Of a DNA stretch of 64,000 nt, positions 23,205-35,260 are shown piece by piece. Below the pieces are notes generated by a model that searched no databases, was not told where the DNA came from, and saw nothing but the letters and a program-made list of their open reading frames with translations. Within the stretch, counting starts at the first letter, position 1; each line of letters begins with the position of its first letter. The stretch comes from Isurus oxyrinchus. Taxonomy: Eukaryota. The position numbers and the translations under genes are program-made. Location of the stretch: NCBI GenBank assembly GCA_026770705.1, contig JANJGN010000040.1, forward strand, positions 3,720,001-3,784,000. Reading direction: 5' to 3'.

Positions 23205-24375
23205 TTGAGTCTCGCTGCTTTAACCCTCTCTCTCTCCTGGAGTATTGCTTGTTTAACCTCTCCCCCTGGAAGGGTCTGTGTTTTAACCTTTCTGTCCGAA
23301 GGTTTGCCGTTTTAACACCTCTGTCCCGAATCCTTGCTGTTTTAACCTCTCTGTCCCGAATACTTGCTGTTGTAACCTCTCCCGAATCCTCACTGTTTTA
23401 ACTTCTTCCTCCCGAAATCTGTCTGTGTTAAGCTGTCTGTCCCAAAGCCTCGCTGTTTTAACTTCTCCCTCCCAAATTCTGTCTGTGTTAACCTCTCTCT
23501 CCCAAACACTCGCTGTTTTAACCTCTCTCACCCAAAGTCTCGCTGTTTTAACCTCTCTCACGAAGTCTCGCTGTTTTGACCTCTCTCTCCCGAAGTCTCG
23601 CTGTTTGAACATCTCTCCTGAAGTCTCACTGTTTTAACCTCTCTCTCCTGAAGTCTCACTGTTTTAAACTCTCTTCAAAACTCTTGCTGTTTTAACCTCT
23701 CTCTCTCGAAGTTTCGCTGTTTTAACCTCTCTGCCGAAGTCTCGCTGTTTTAACCTCTCTCTCCCGAAGTCTCTGTTTTAACCTTTTTCCCGAAATCTCG
23801 CTGTTTTAACCTCTCTCCTGAAGTCCCGCAGCTTTAACCTCTCTCTCCTGAAGTCTCGCTGTTTTAACCTCTCTCTCCTGAAGTCTCGCTGTTTCAACAT
23901 CTCTCCCGAAGTCTCGCTGATTTAGCCTCTCTCCTGAAGTCTCTGTTTTAACCTCTCTCCTGAAGTCTCGCCGTTTTAACGACTCTCTCCCAAAGTCTCG
24001 CTGTTTTAACTTCTCTCTCCCAAAGTCTCGTTGTTTTAACCTCTCTCCTGAAGTCTCGCTGTTTTAACCTCTCTCCCGAAGTCTCACTGTTTTAACCTCT
24101 CTCCCGAAGTCTCGCTGTTTTAACCTCTCTCTCCCGAAGTCTCGCTGTTTTAACCTCTCTCTCCCGAAGTCTCGCTGTTTTAACCTCTCTCTCCCGAAGT
24201 CTCGCTGTTTTAACCTCTCTCCCGAAGTCTCTATTTTAACCTCTCTCTCTATCGTGATGTCTCTGTTTTAACCTCACTCTCCCAAAGTCTCAATGCTTTA
24301 ACCTCTCTGTTCCCAAACTCTCACTGTTTTAGCCTCTTCCTCCCGAAGTCTCTCTATTTTAACCTCTCTCTCCCA
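23205..24375. repeat. ~28-30 bp minisatellite, roughly 35-40 units
   Basis: Consensus CTCTCTCCCGAAGTCTCGCTGTTTTAAC; most homogeneous at about 24050-24230. Confidence 0.95.
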
Positions 24376-24394
24376 TAGTCACTGTTCTCACTGT

Positions 24395-25850
24395 CAAACT
24401 GGTACTCAGAATTGCAGACTGCTGGGAATGGTGACACCCTGAAGGAATGCCGTCCAGACCATGGCATCAATGGGCAGGAAACTGCACAGGTGGGAACAGC
24501 AAAGAGTAGAAACGCAGTCATTATTGGATATTTCATAGTCAGAGGGACAGACAGGCTTTTCTATCATTGAGAGTGCCACATAGTGTGTTGTCTCCATGGG
24601 GCCAGGGTAAAGAACATCACGGGGAGGGTGCAGAATATTCTGCAGGGGGAAGGGAGTGAGCCAGAGGTTGTCGTACACATCAGTATCAATGACAGAGGGG
24701 GGACAGGTATTGAGGTCCCTCCGTCAGAATTTCAGCAGCTCAGGAAGTCGTCAAATGTAGGACCTCAAAGAAAGTAATCTCTGGATTACTGCCAGTGCTA
24801 CGTGATACTGAGAGTAGAAATGTAGGAAGAAATAGGGAGCATCAATACATGGCTTGAGGCCATAGCAGGAGGGGAGAGAGCCTTTAGATTCTTGGGACAT
24901 TAGGGCCAGTTCTGTGACAGGAAACACCTATTCAAAAGGAACAGATTACACCTTAACAAGACTGGGACCAATGCCCTCATGGGGAGGGTCATTCATATGG
25001 TTGGGGGGTGGGGCTTGTACTGAACTGGCAGTGGGGGGGGGGGGGGGGGGGGGGGGGGGCGGGGGGGCAGCACCAGTCTATAGAAGTAGAAAAGAGGAAT
25101 ATCTAGAGAAGGAAGTAGAAACATATAAGAGAGGAGTAGATGAAGAAGGAATCTAAGAGGAATACAAGGCCAGGTTTAGAATGCATGTGCGTAATCGCAC
25201 AAACAGCGGTGAATAAAGCTGGTGAGCTAGAAGCACAAAGAGCCATGTGGGAAAATGATGTGGGGGCAATGATGAAAACGTGGTTTAAAAATGGTGAGGA
25301 TCGGGTTCATATTCAAGGATACAAAGTGTTCAGAAACGAGAGAGAGAGAAAAAAATGGAGTTGTGGTGAGAGAGATAGAGAAACAAATACGCAGGGAAAT
25401 CACAGAGATGTATAAGAACTATAGAGTGGTGATATTTTGGGATTGATGAAATGTGTTCAGGAGACCATCCTGGATCAGAATGTTCTCAGTCCAGTTAGGA
25501 AGGAGGCATTGCTGGATCTGGTGCTGGGGAATGAGGTGGGCCAAGGTCGGCCACGTGAAACAAGTGTGTGTGTGAACCCTTGGTTAAGAGTAATTGGAAG
25601 GGAGCGAACTTCAATGGGAGGAGAGGGGATTTAGCCAGGGTGAAATGGAACCAGAGACTGACAGGAAAAACTGTAACAGAACAATGGGTGATCTTTCTGG
25701 AGGAGATGTTTCAGGTACAGACTAGGTACATTCCAAGAAGGGGAAAGGGAGGGGAACCAAAGCCATGGAAGATGAGGAAGATAGAAAATATGATGAAACA
25801 ATGAAGAGGCCGTGTGACGCACGTCAGATGAATTATTCAAGTAAGATCCA
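24395..25850 (+). mobile_element. CR1 ORF1 esterase and APE fragment
   Basis: CCLHGARVKNITGRVQNILQGEGSEPEVVVHI; AVNKAGELEAQ..WENDV...TWF; EALLDLVLGNE. Confidence 0.85.
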
Positions 25851-25859
25851 GGTCACTTC

Positions 25860-26585
25860 TATTATATGAGTGTGTGGAATTAACTCTCTCTCTGTCCATC
25901 TCTGTTACTCTGTGAATGTGGAATTAATTAATCCACAATATCAGTCAAACTGCACAATTAACTCTCTATCCGTCAGTCTCTGTTGCTATGTTTCAGGGCA
26001 GAATTATGATAACTTTCTATCTATCATTAAATATTAGTCTGTATGATTGTGGAATTAATTCAGTATCTGTCAGCTTCTATTGCTGTACATCAATGTGGAA
26101 TTAACTCTCCCTCATCTCCGTTACTGGGTGTGAGTGCACAATTAACTCTCATCTGTCAGTATTTGCTTCTGAGTTTCAGTGTGGAATTACCTCTCTGTCC
26201 ATCTTCGATAGTGTGAGAGGGCAGAATTAATTCTGTATCTGGTATTCTATGTTACTGTATGTAAGCGGGGCATTAATTCTCTGTTTGTCTCTGTTATTGT
26301 ATGTGAGAGTGGAATTAACTGTCAGTCTTGGTTGTTGTTTATGAGTGCAGCATTTCTTTCTCTCGATGAGTGTAATTGAATACGGAATTAACTCTCTCTT
26401 TGACAGTCTCTGTTACTTTATGTGAGTGTGAATGAATTCTCTATCCTTTAGACTCAAGTACTTTACTTTAGTGTGGCATTAACACATTGTGAATCTCTGT
26501 TACTGTCTGTGTGTGGAATTCACTCTCTGCCCATCTACAATAATGTGATTTTCATTAACTCTCCATCCGTCAGTCTCTGTTACTC
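25860..26585 (-). repeat. ~42-46 bp satellite array, segment 1
   Basis: Repeats of GTGGAATTAACTCTCTATCTGTCAGTCTCTGTTACTGTATGTGA. Confidence 0.85.
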
Positions 26586-26589
26586 CATG

Positions 26590-29500
26590 GAAGTGGGTCA
26601 CTTTCAAGTTAGCAAACTGCAACCAGTAGAGTGTCACAGGGATCAGTGCTGGGTTCTCAGCTAACTACAATCTATATTAGTCACTCAGATGAATGGAGAG
26701 AGCAACACCAAATTTTCAGACAATACATAGAGAGGTGGGAAAGCAGATTGTGAGGGGGACACAAAGAGTCTGCAAGAGGATAGAGAAAGGTTAAGTCAGT
26801 GGGCAAACATTTGGCAGATGGAATACAATGTGGGGAACTTTGATGGAAAGAATAGAAGAACAAAACATTATTCAAATGATTTTTTAAATTAATGGACTAG
26901 ACTGTGGTGTGAAGCGGGATGAAAAATCTCAAAATTTTCAGATGATCCAAAGATTGGAAACATTGTCAACTGTGATTGGGATAGTCTTGAACTCAAAAAG
27001 GACATAGACATGTTGGTGGATTAGGCAGGCAAATGGCAGCTGAAGTTCAATGCAGAGAAGTGTCAGCTGATTCATTTTGGTAGGGAAAATATAGCGAGAC
27101 AGTATTAAACAAAGGGAGAGCCTCTAAAGGAGGTGCAGGAATAGAAGCACCTCATTGTATTTGTATATCGGTCATTAACGATTGTGGGGCATGTTGAGGC
27201 TGCAGGTAATAAAGTATATAGAATCTCAGGCTTTATTAATAGGGGCACTGAGTACAAGATTCTGTGATTCTGTGAAGAGTAAGGAGGTCATGTTGAACTT
27301 GTATAAGTCACTTTTTAGGCTTCATCTGGAGTGCTGTGTCCAGTTCTGGGTGTCATACTTAAGGAAGGATGTGAAGGCATTGGGGACAGTATAGAGGAGA
27401 TTCACAAGAATGATTCCAACATAAATGACTTGGATATAAATGTAGGGGGAATAATCAAGAAGTTTGCAAACAATACAAAAATTGGCTGAGCAGTTGATAG
27501 CGAGGAGGATTTCTGTAGACTACAGGAAGATATCAATGAACTGTTCAGGTGGGCAGAAAATGGCAAATGGAATTCAACCCAGAGAAGTGTGAGGTAATGT
27601 ATTTTTTAATTCATTCAAGGGATGTGGGCATCACTAGCTAGGCTAGCATTTATTGCCCATCCCTAATTGCCATTGTTCAGAGGGCATTTAAGAATCAACC
27701 ACATTGCTGTGGATCTGGAGTCTCATGTAAGGCCACAATACATGGGAGGATACTGAGAGGTGTAGCGGAAGTGAGAGACCTTGAAGTGAGTGTCCACAGA
27801 TCTCTGAAGTTAGCAGGACAGGTTCATAAGGTGGTTAAGATGGTAGATGGAATCCTTTCACTTATTAGCTGAGACATATAATATGAAAGCAGGGAGGTTA
27901 TGTTGGAACTACGTAAAACATTAGTTAGGCCACAACTTGAGTAGTGTGCAGTTCTGGTCAACTCATTGCAGAAAGGATACAATTGTAGTAGAGAGAGTCC
28001 AGAAGTTTATGAGGGTGTTGCAAGGATTAGAAAATTGCAGCTATGAGGAAAGATTGGATGGGTTGGTGTTGTTCTCCTTGGAACACAGGAAGCAAAGGGG
28101 AGATTTTATTGAGATGCACAAAATTGTGAGGGGCCTGGATAGAGTGGATGGGAAGGGCCGATTACTTTAGCAGAGATGTCAGTGACTAGGTGGCATAAGC
28201 TTAAAGTGATTGGAAAGTATCAAGGGGAGATGAAGAAAATGTTTTTCATCCAGGGGGGTGTGGGACTCTGGAACTCACTGCCTGAAAGGGTAGTAGAGGC
28301 AGAAACCCTCAGCTCATTTAAAAGGTGTCTGGATATGCACCTGAAGTGCTGTAACCTGCAGGGCTTCAGACTAAATGCTGGAAAGTGGGATTAGGCTGCA
28401 TAGCTTATCTTTTGGCTGGTGTAGATACGATGGGCCAAGAGGCCTCTTTCTGTGCCATAATGTTTCTATAATTCTATAAAGAATTGTAGCTATGGGGATA
28501 CACCGGAGAGGTTGGGATTGTTTTCCCTGGAGAAAAGGCGGCTGAAAGTAGACTTGATAGATGTATTCAAGATCCTGAGGGGTATGGACAGGGTAAATAA
28601 TGAGAAATTGTTCCCACTCAGTAGAACACTAAGAACTAGAAGGCACAGACTCAAAATAATTGGCAAAAGGATTAAATGCGATGTGAGATAGACTCATAAC
28701 GTTTAAGTTAAAATTATTATTTTTTTCACCTAGAGGGTGATTGGAGTCTGGAACACATGTCCTCAAAGGGTGATGGAGGCAGATTTGCTTGAGATATTCA
28801 AAAGGGAATCTAATTGCTAACTGAAAGGAAAGAACGTGCAAGGTTACGGGGACAAGGGAGGCGAGTGGGATGGGGTAGAAAGCTCTTTCAGTGAGCCAGT
28901 GCAGACTTAATAGGCTGAATGGCCTTCTTCAATACTGTGGTGAGAGACTGCAGAATGTTGCAGTACAGAGGAATCAAGATCCCCTAGTACATGAATCACA
29001 AGAAGTTAATGTGCAGCCGCAGGAAGTAATTAGGAAGGTAAATGGATTGTTGGCCTTTTTTATGGGTGGTGTGGGTGGGGTGGGGGGGGGGTGGGAGAGG
29101 TGGTGGAGTATAAAAGTAGGGAAGTGTTGCTACAGCTACACAGCATTGGTGAGATTACATCGCAAACAGTGTGTTTTGCTGTAGTCTCCTTACTTAAAGA
29201 GGGATATAACTGCATAGGGGGCACTTCAGAGAAGTTTGATTAGACTGATTCCTGGGATGAAGCAGTTGTCTCATGAGGAATACTTAAGCAGGATGGGGTG
29301 ATCTGCACAGGAGTTTTGAAGAATGAGAGGTGATCTCATTGAAACATATAAGATTCTGAGAGGGTTTGACAGGGTAGATATTGAATGGGATGTTTCTATT
29401 TGTGGGGAAAATAGAACAAGAGGGCACAGTTTAAAAATAAACATCTCCCATTTAAGACAAAAATGGGAAGGAATTTCTTCTCTCAGAGCGTCATTAATTT

Positions 29501-29712
29501 TTGTAATTCCTCTCCTCAGAGAGCAGTGGAGGCTGGGTCATTGCATATATTCATGCTGAGTTAGACAGATTTTTCATCGGCAGGAGGGTCAAGGGTTATA
29601 GGGCAGGTGGGAGAGTGTGTTTGAGGCCACAATCAGATCAACCATGGTCTTAATGAATGGTGACGCTGGCTCAATGGGCTGATTGGCCTCCTCCTGCTTC
29701 TCTTTCTTATAT
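26590..29712 (+). mobile_element. Nest of several CR1 3' RT/tail fragments with a SINE at ~27600-27740
   Basis: Repeated KFADD/WQMEFN/LVRxHLEYCVQFW/RGDLIE-type motifs in at least 4 partial copies; 3' tails near 28470 and 29710. Confidence 0.85.
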
Positions 29713-29714
29713 GT

Positions 29715-31320
29715 TTAATTTGTCAAGAGTGGGATTGACCCTCTGTCAGTTAACCTCTTTTGCTGTATTTCAGTGTGAAATTAACTCAGCCTTATCTGAA
29801 TGTAAGTGTGGAATTGATTCTCTGCCCATCATTTTCTGAATGTGAGTGTCTAATTTACATCTCTGTCAGTCTCTGTTACGGTTGAGAGTGGAACTAACTC
29901 TCGAGCAGCTTATGATACTGTATATGCGTGTGGAATTCAGTCTTTGTCAGCGTCTAGCTGTATGAGAATATGGAATTAACTCATGTCAGTCTCTGTTACT
30001 GTATGTGAGTGTGGAATTATCTCTATCACTCAGTCTTGGTTGCTGTAAGTGTGGAATTCTCTTTTCCAGTCTTTGTTCTGACATCTTAGAGTGGAGTTAA
30101 GACCTCACAATTTCCATTAATATTTCAATGAGGAATTAACTTACAACAACAGAGACTGAGTGAAAGTAAGCGAGTTAGTTCCACACTCTCATATTAGTCT
30201 GCCTGTGTGACTGTATGTGAGTGAGGAATAAACAAACAATTTGTCAGCCTCTATTACTGAGTGTGTGGAATTAACTCTCTATCAGTCAGTCTCTATTACT
30301 GTGTGAATTCACAGAATCAAAGAATTGTTATGCTATAGAAGGAGGCCATTTGACCTATCATATCTCCACCGGCTGTCTGAGCATTTTAACTTAGTGCCAA
30401 TCTCCTGCCTTTTCCCCATAATACTGCCCATTGTTTCTATTCAAATAATCATCCAATGCCCTCTTGAATGACTCAGTTGAACCTGCCTCCACCACACTTT
30501 CAGGCAGTGCATTCCAAAACCTAACAACTCGCTGTTTCTTTTGCAAAACACTTTAAAACCATGCCCTCTGGTTCTCAATCCGTTTACAAGCAGGAACAGA
30601 ACCTCTATATCTACTCTGTCCACACACCTCATGACTTTGAAAGCTTCTATCAAGTCTCCTCTTAGCCTTCTCCACTCCAAGGAAAAGAGTCCAAACTTCT
30701 CCAATCTTTCCTCATAACTGAAGTGTCTCATCCCTGGAAACATTCTCATAAACCTCTTCTGCACTTTCTCCAATGCATTCAGATCCGTCCTATATTGTTA
30801 ACCTTAACTTTCAATCTCTGTCATGTGTCCAAGTGCGGATTTAGCTTTCTATCTAATCATGTTGGTTATGGTACATGAGTGTGAAATTAACTAGTTGTAT
30901 GACACTCTGTTACTGTAGGTAAATACAGAATTAACTCCGTCAGTTTCTGTCACTGTACCAGAATGTGGAATTGATTCTTTATCTGTCAGTCTCGGTTACT
31001 GTAGCAGGCCATGGAAATAACTCCTTTTCAGGCTCTGCTACTTCAAGAAAGTTAATTCAACACTCATCATCTGTCAATCCATGTTACTGCATATGAGTGT
31101 GATATTAATTCTCAGTCGCTGTTATGCGAGTGAAGAATTGCATCTCTATCGTTTCGTCTCTGGTACTGTCTGTGGGTGTGGAATTTCATACCTTACATGT
31201 CAACCTCTGTTGCTGTACATGAATGCAGAATTAATTCTGTACCTGTCAGCCTCAATTATACTGAGTGTGTGGAATTAACTCTCTATCAGTCAGTCTCTAT
31301 TACTGTACAGGCAGCAGTTA
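29715..31320 (-). repeat. ~42-46 bp satellite array, segment 2 (interrupted by CR1 at 30312-30795)
   Basis: Same GTGGAATTAACTC...GTCAGTCTCTGTTACTG unit. Confidence 0.85.
30312..30795 (-). mobile_element. CR1 3' fragment
   Basis: EKVQKRFMRMFPGMRHFSYEERLEKFGLFSLEWRRLRGDLIE plus 3' tail. Confidence 0.88.
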
Positions 31321-31577
31321 TTGACCTTATGTCAGAAATGCTTGGGCGCTACTGTTCTTAAAAAGTGCTCGCGGTTAAACCATCGTCTTCTCCTCTCTCT
31401 ACTCTCCAGTTCTTAGTCAGCCAACAAGAACATACCTTCAAAGTAAGTGAGGAACGGCTTCCATATCCAACATTCTTTCTGCTTCAAAAGTGTTCTTCAT
31501 TTGTCAGTTTGAGTTTCTGACCTTGCTTCTGAGTAACACCTGCAACAATTCACTGGCAGCATCATGTGGATAGTGGC

Positions 31578-31670
31578 AATCTGAAATAAAGAGAGAAAAT
31601 GCTGGAAATACACAGCACATCAGACAGCAAATGTGCAGAAAGAAACGTTAACATTTCAGGTCACTGACAA
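31578..31670 (-). mobile_element. Old Penelope-type short element
   Basis: AATCTGAAATAAAGAGAGAAAATGCTGGAAATACACAGCACATCAGACAGCA...GTTAACATTTCAGGTC, a diverged copy of the family arm. Confidence 0.6.
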
Positions 31671-31714
31671 TCAACCTGCAATAAAACACTTAATAACATC
31701 TGCCCATGGTGGCT

Positions 31715-32300
31715 GCAGTTCCCACAATTCCCTGCATCCCAGAAACCGCTCTATCAAATGCACTGACTTGCCCGGCATTGAGAGTGCGCATGCTCCCCAG
31801 GGCCGGACCTGGGTCATTCTAAGGTCAAACTTATCGGCCCATTTTACCAATATGCTTATGTCCTTTTGAAGTTTAACACTATCCTCCTCATAGTTCACAA
31901 TACCTCCAAGTTCCATGTCATCCGCTAATTTTGAAATGGTGTCCCATACACCAACTAGTAGGTCAAAAATATCTATCAGGAAGAGCAGGGGATCTAATGC
32001 CGACCCCGGTTCCCTCGCCGCACGTCCGCCAGGCCCGGCGGCTTTGATTCGGCTCTGAGAGCTGACTCTAGGTGTTACTGAGGCTGCGCTCGACCACGCT
32101 CCTTGCGCATGCCCGGCGTAGACGGGATTCCGTTGACGACTGGTGCGCGTGAGCAGTGCAGCCCTTCTGATCGAGATAGGCCGTTTTATATCCCAGAGAG
32201 CATTCTGGGAATTCTTTTTGCCATTTTAGGATAAACTGCAACGCGGGACGAAGCGCCTAATAGATATCAACTACACTATAATTTCCATCCCAGAATTTCA
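31715..32300. promoter_or_regulatory. CpG-rich promoter-like region with ZNF143/NRF1-type motifs, interrupted by a CR1 fragment (~31815-32005)
   Basis: TTCCCACAATTCCCTGC 31719, TGCGCATGC 31785 and 32104, GCATTCTGGGAATT 32200; CpG-dense 32000-32160. Confidence 0.45.
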
Positions 32301-32568
32301 TATTCGGGTAATGATGGAGTGATAGTAAACGAGAAAAGAACATTCAGACCGTGCCCGCTCTTTGTGAGAATTGGGCTGGTCTCCACTGGTGTGTGTTTGC
32401 AGCAAATGCAGCTCATGTTCTTGTGTGAATAAATACAATTTGAGATATTTGTAGCAAATTCTAGTGTTTATAGGAAGCGAGATTCCAATGCTAATACCTG
32501 CAAACTGAAGTGATAAATCACATAAGTTTGTGAGGAGCAACAAATGTTTCTTTTAGTGGGAAAGTAAT

Positions 32569-32640
32569 TAGCAGAGGATGGTTTCGATTTATTAACCTCT
32601 GGGTAATAGGCCCAGCATGTTTCCACTGCGTCACTCTGCT
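32569..32640 (-). pseudogene. trnMi-CAT: Initiator tRNA-Met pseudogene
   Basis: Minus AGCAGAGTGACGCAGTGGAAACATGCTGGGCCTATTACCCAGAGGTTAATAAATCGAAACCATCCTCTGCTA; anticodon mutated to TAT, T-stem broken. Confidence 0.88.
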
Positions 32641-32889
32641 GAATGCCATCTGTAGTTGATGAATATTACTTCGTGTATTAGCGAGATAAATAGTCACTTA
32701 CTTCATGCTTTTGAGCAAGAGAACAAGGAGGGTCACCTTGGCTGCACAATTCCACTGCATAATACCAGAAACAGGCAGAGAAACACAGACAGAAAGGCAG
32801 CAAGAGACTGTCAGGATACACAAGATAACAGAGAAAGATGTCGAACAAATTAGGAAGACACTGAAGTGGTGAAGCTGGTCATTTGTGTA

Positions 32890-33500
32890 AACTGTTCCCT
32901 GCTGCAGAGAGATGTCCCCTGTTTGTAATAATGAGTCATGTTGTGCAACTGTGTATCCTGTTGTGTAACTGTGTTCTTTGTTGACGTGACTGTGTTCTCT
33001 GATGTGCAACAATGCTGTCTTTCCTGTATCTGTGTTCTCTGTTGTGCAACTGTGCTCTCCGTTATTTAACTCTTCCATCTGTTGTGCAACTGTTCCCTCC
33101 GTTGTGCAAATGTGCCTGCTGTTGTTTAACTGTGCCCTCTATTGTGTAACTTTGCCTTCTGTTCTGTAAGTGTGCCCTCTGTTGTTTAACTGTGCTCTCT
33201 GTTGTGTAATTGTGTTATCTGTTGTGGAACTGCGCCCTCCATTGTGTAAGTGTGCCCTCTGTTTTTTAACTGTGCCCTGTGTTGTATGACTGTGCCCGTT
33301 TCACTTCCCTGTCATACGAACGTGTTCCCACCTGTAAAAATGTTCTCTGTTTTCTCAATATGTTCCCTGTTCTGTAAAGATTTTCTCTGTTCCTCAGTGA
33401 GGATGTTTTCTGTTGGTAAAATATTTTCTTTCTGGGGCCTTTATTTTCCATGTCATGTTAATATGTTCTATGTTGTGTTCAGATGTTTTCTTTTCTTGTG
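32890..33500. repeat. ~21-bp minisatellite
   Basis: Tandem CTGTTGTGTAACTGTGCCCT-like units, clearest at 33040-33290. Confidence 0.85.
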
Positions 33501-33529
33501 TGAAAATCTGCTTAAGCCACAACTGGAAA

Positions 33530-33870
33530 ACAGTCGTTAATTCTCGACTGTATCTGTTAACTTCTCGGAGTGAATGTGATTTTGCGATACATCCTGAGAA
33601 CTCTGTTATAAGACATGAGCGAGATTTGTTCTGTAAATGTCCATCACATATAGTGTTGGTGAATGTAGGATTCGTTCTCTATCTCAGTCTCTGGAACAGT
33701 TTGTGAGAGTAGGATTCCTTCTTTATGGGTCAATGCCTGGTACTATATGTGAGGGTGAGAAATATTCTGTTTCAGTCAGTGGTACTGAATGTCAATGTGG
33801 GAATCATTCAGTGTCTATTAGACCCCATTATTGCCAGGGGAAGTGGGATTAATTATTTATCTTAATGTCT
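33530..33870 (-). repeat. Degenerate ~42-46 bp satellite segment
   Basis: GAGTAGGATTC...CAGTCTCTGG..CAGT units related to 10510-10760. Confidence 0.5.
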
Positions 33871-34512
33871 CCATTATTCTTATTATTCAGCTCTTCGGGA
33901 AAGAGAATGATTTGCTTCATCTCCCTCTTTCTCGCCCCTCTCTCTATTCCTCTCTGAACAGAGTCAGTGTCACATTCCATGACAGTGCTGCAGCACCCAG
34001 CTACTGCAGACCAAGGATTTGGATCATTTTACGATAACTTCATCCCAACCAGAAACAATCCACTACTCCATGAATGGGACTGAGTGACAGAGAAGGGAAT
34101 TCTGCACAGGTCAAATTACGACTTCCCATTCTCAGTTTCCACTGATGTTTTTATTTGTTCACGGGCTGTGGGAGTCGCTGACAAGGGCAGAATCTGTTGC
34201 CTCGCCCTAACTGCCCTTCAGACTAGACTCTGCTTGAGTTGCTGTTTTTAGCTTTCTGTTTTATCGTAATGACAATTAATTGAAACAAATCATTTGGTCT
34301 ATTTTGTGTTTGCTACCTCCTCTCTCTTCGGATTATTATAAATGCCTTTTTCTTCATTCAGGAAAATATTTGATTGCATCAAAATCAAAGTAGTGATTCG
34401 ATGACATAAGGAGAAGTGCAGCCAGCTCGTTTTCACAGAGTAAGTGCAGTATCAGTCACAGTGAGCAGGGACATCAGTTCCACAAGAACCAGCAACACAG
34501 AAAGAGATAAGA

Positions 34513-34710
34513 TCAAAATAGTGCAGATGCTGGAAATCTGAAAGAAAAGCAGAAAATGATTGAAAAAACTCAGGAGGTCTAATAGCATTTGCGGAGAGAA
34601 AGACAGAGTTAAATTTTAGAGTCATACAGGCATGAAACATAAACTCTGTCTTTCTCTCCACAGATGCTGTTAGACCTCCTGAGTTTTTCCAGCATTATCT
34701 GTTTTTTGTT
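34513..34710. mobile_element. Fold-back Penelope-type element with hammerhead remnants
   Basis: Arms AAAAACTCAGGAGGTCTAATAGCATTTGCGGAGAGAAAGACAGAGTT / AACTCTGTCTTTCTCTCCACAGATGCTGTTAGACCTCCTGAGTTTTT; loop contains GAGTCATACAGGCATGAAACAT. Confidence 0.82.
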
Positions 34711-34889
34711 AGCACAAAGTTAGACTGGCAGTGAGCTCAAGTTTCAGGAATGTATATTCGTTCGAACGGAGCTGGAGAGTGTGTGAACCAGATGGATTTT
34801 TATCACCATGACTTTAAGATTTTTTTAAAAATAAATGTCACCAGCAGCTGTGGTGGGATTTGATCCCGCGCCTCCATAACATTATCCTG

Positions 34890-35260
34890 AGAAGGTCCTG
34901 ATGTTTCTTGACACAGTAGGTGTGGAGAGTATGGTTCCTCTTGGAGGAGAATCTAGAAGTCGTGGTCACTGTTTAAAAATAAGGGGTCGCTCATTGAAGA
35001 CAGAGATGAGGAGATTTTTTTTCTCACTGAGGATTGTGAATCTATAGAACTCTCTTCCTCAGAAGAAGGTGAAGCAGAGTCTCTGATTACTTTTAAAGCA
35101 GGGTTAGAGTCTTGAAAGCAAGTGGGTGAGAGGTTATCGAGCGTAGGCAGGAATGTGGAGCTGAGGGTAAAATCAGATCAACCATGACCTTCCTGAATGG
35201 CGGAGCAGACTCGAGGGGCCGAGTGGCCTATTAATGCTCTTTATTCCTTTTGTTCTTTTG
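34890..35260 (+). mobile_element. CR1 3' end
   Basis: GGTCACTGTTTAAAAATAAGGGGTCGC...GAGATGAGGAG...CAACCATGACCTTCCTGAATGGCGGAGCAGACTCGAGGGGCCGAGTGGCCTA. Confidence 0.8.

Noticed and set aside
23205-24375. CRISPR-like periodicity and the 109-aa repetitive ORF 23283-23612
   Set aside because: Units are head-to-tail with no unique spacers, there are no cas genes and the context is vertebrate; the ORF is translated minisatellite.
25033-25067. Long G run (also C runs at 13440-13520, 37373-37391 and 58490-58545) as functional G-quadruplexes
   Set aside because: Mostly homopolymer expansions inside dead retroelements, and prone to sequencing error.
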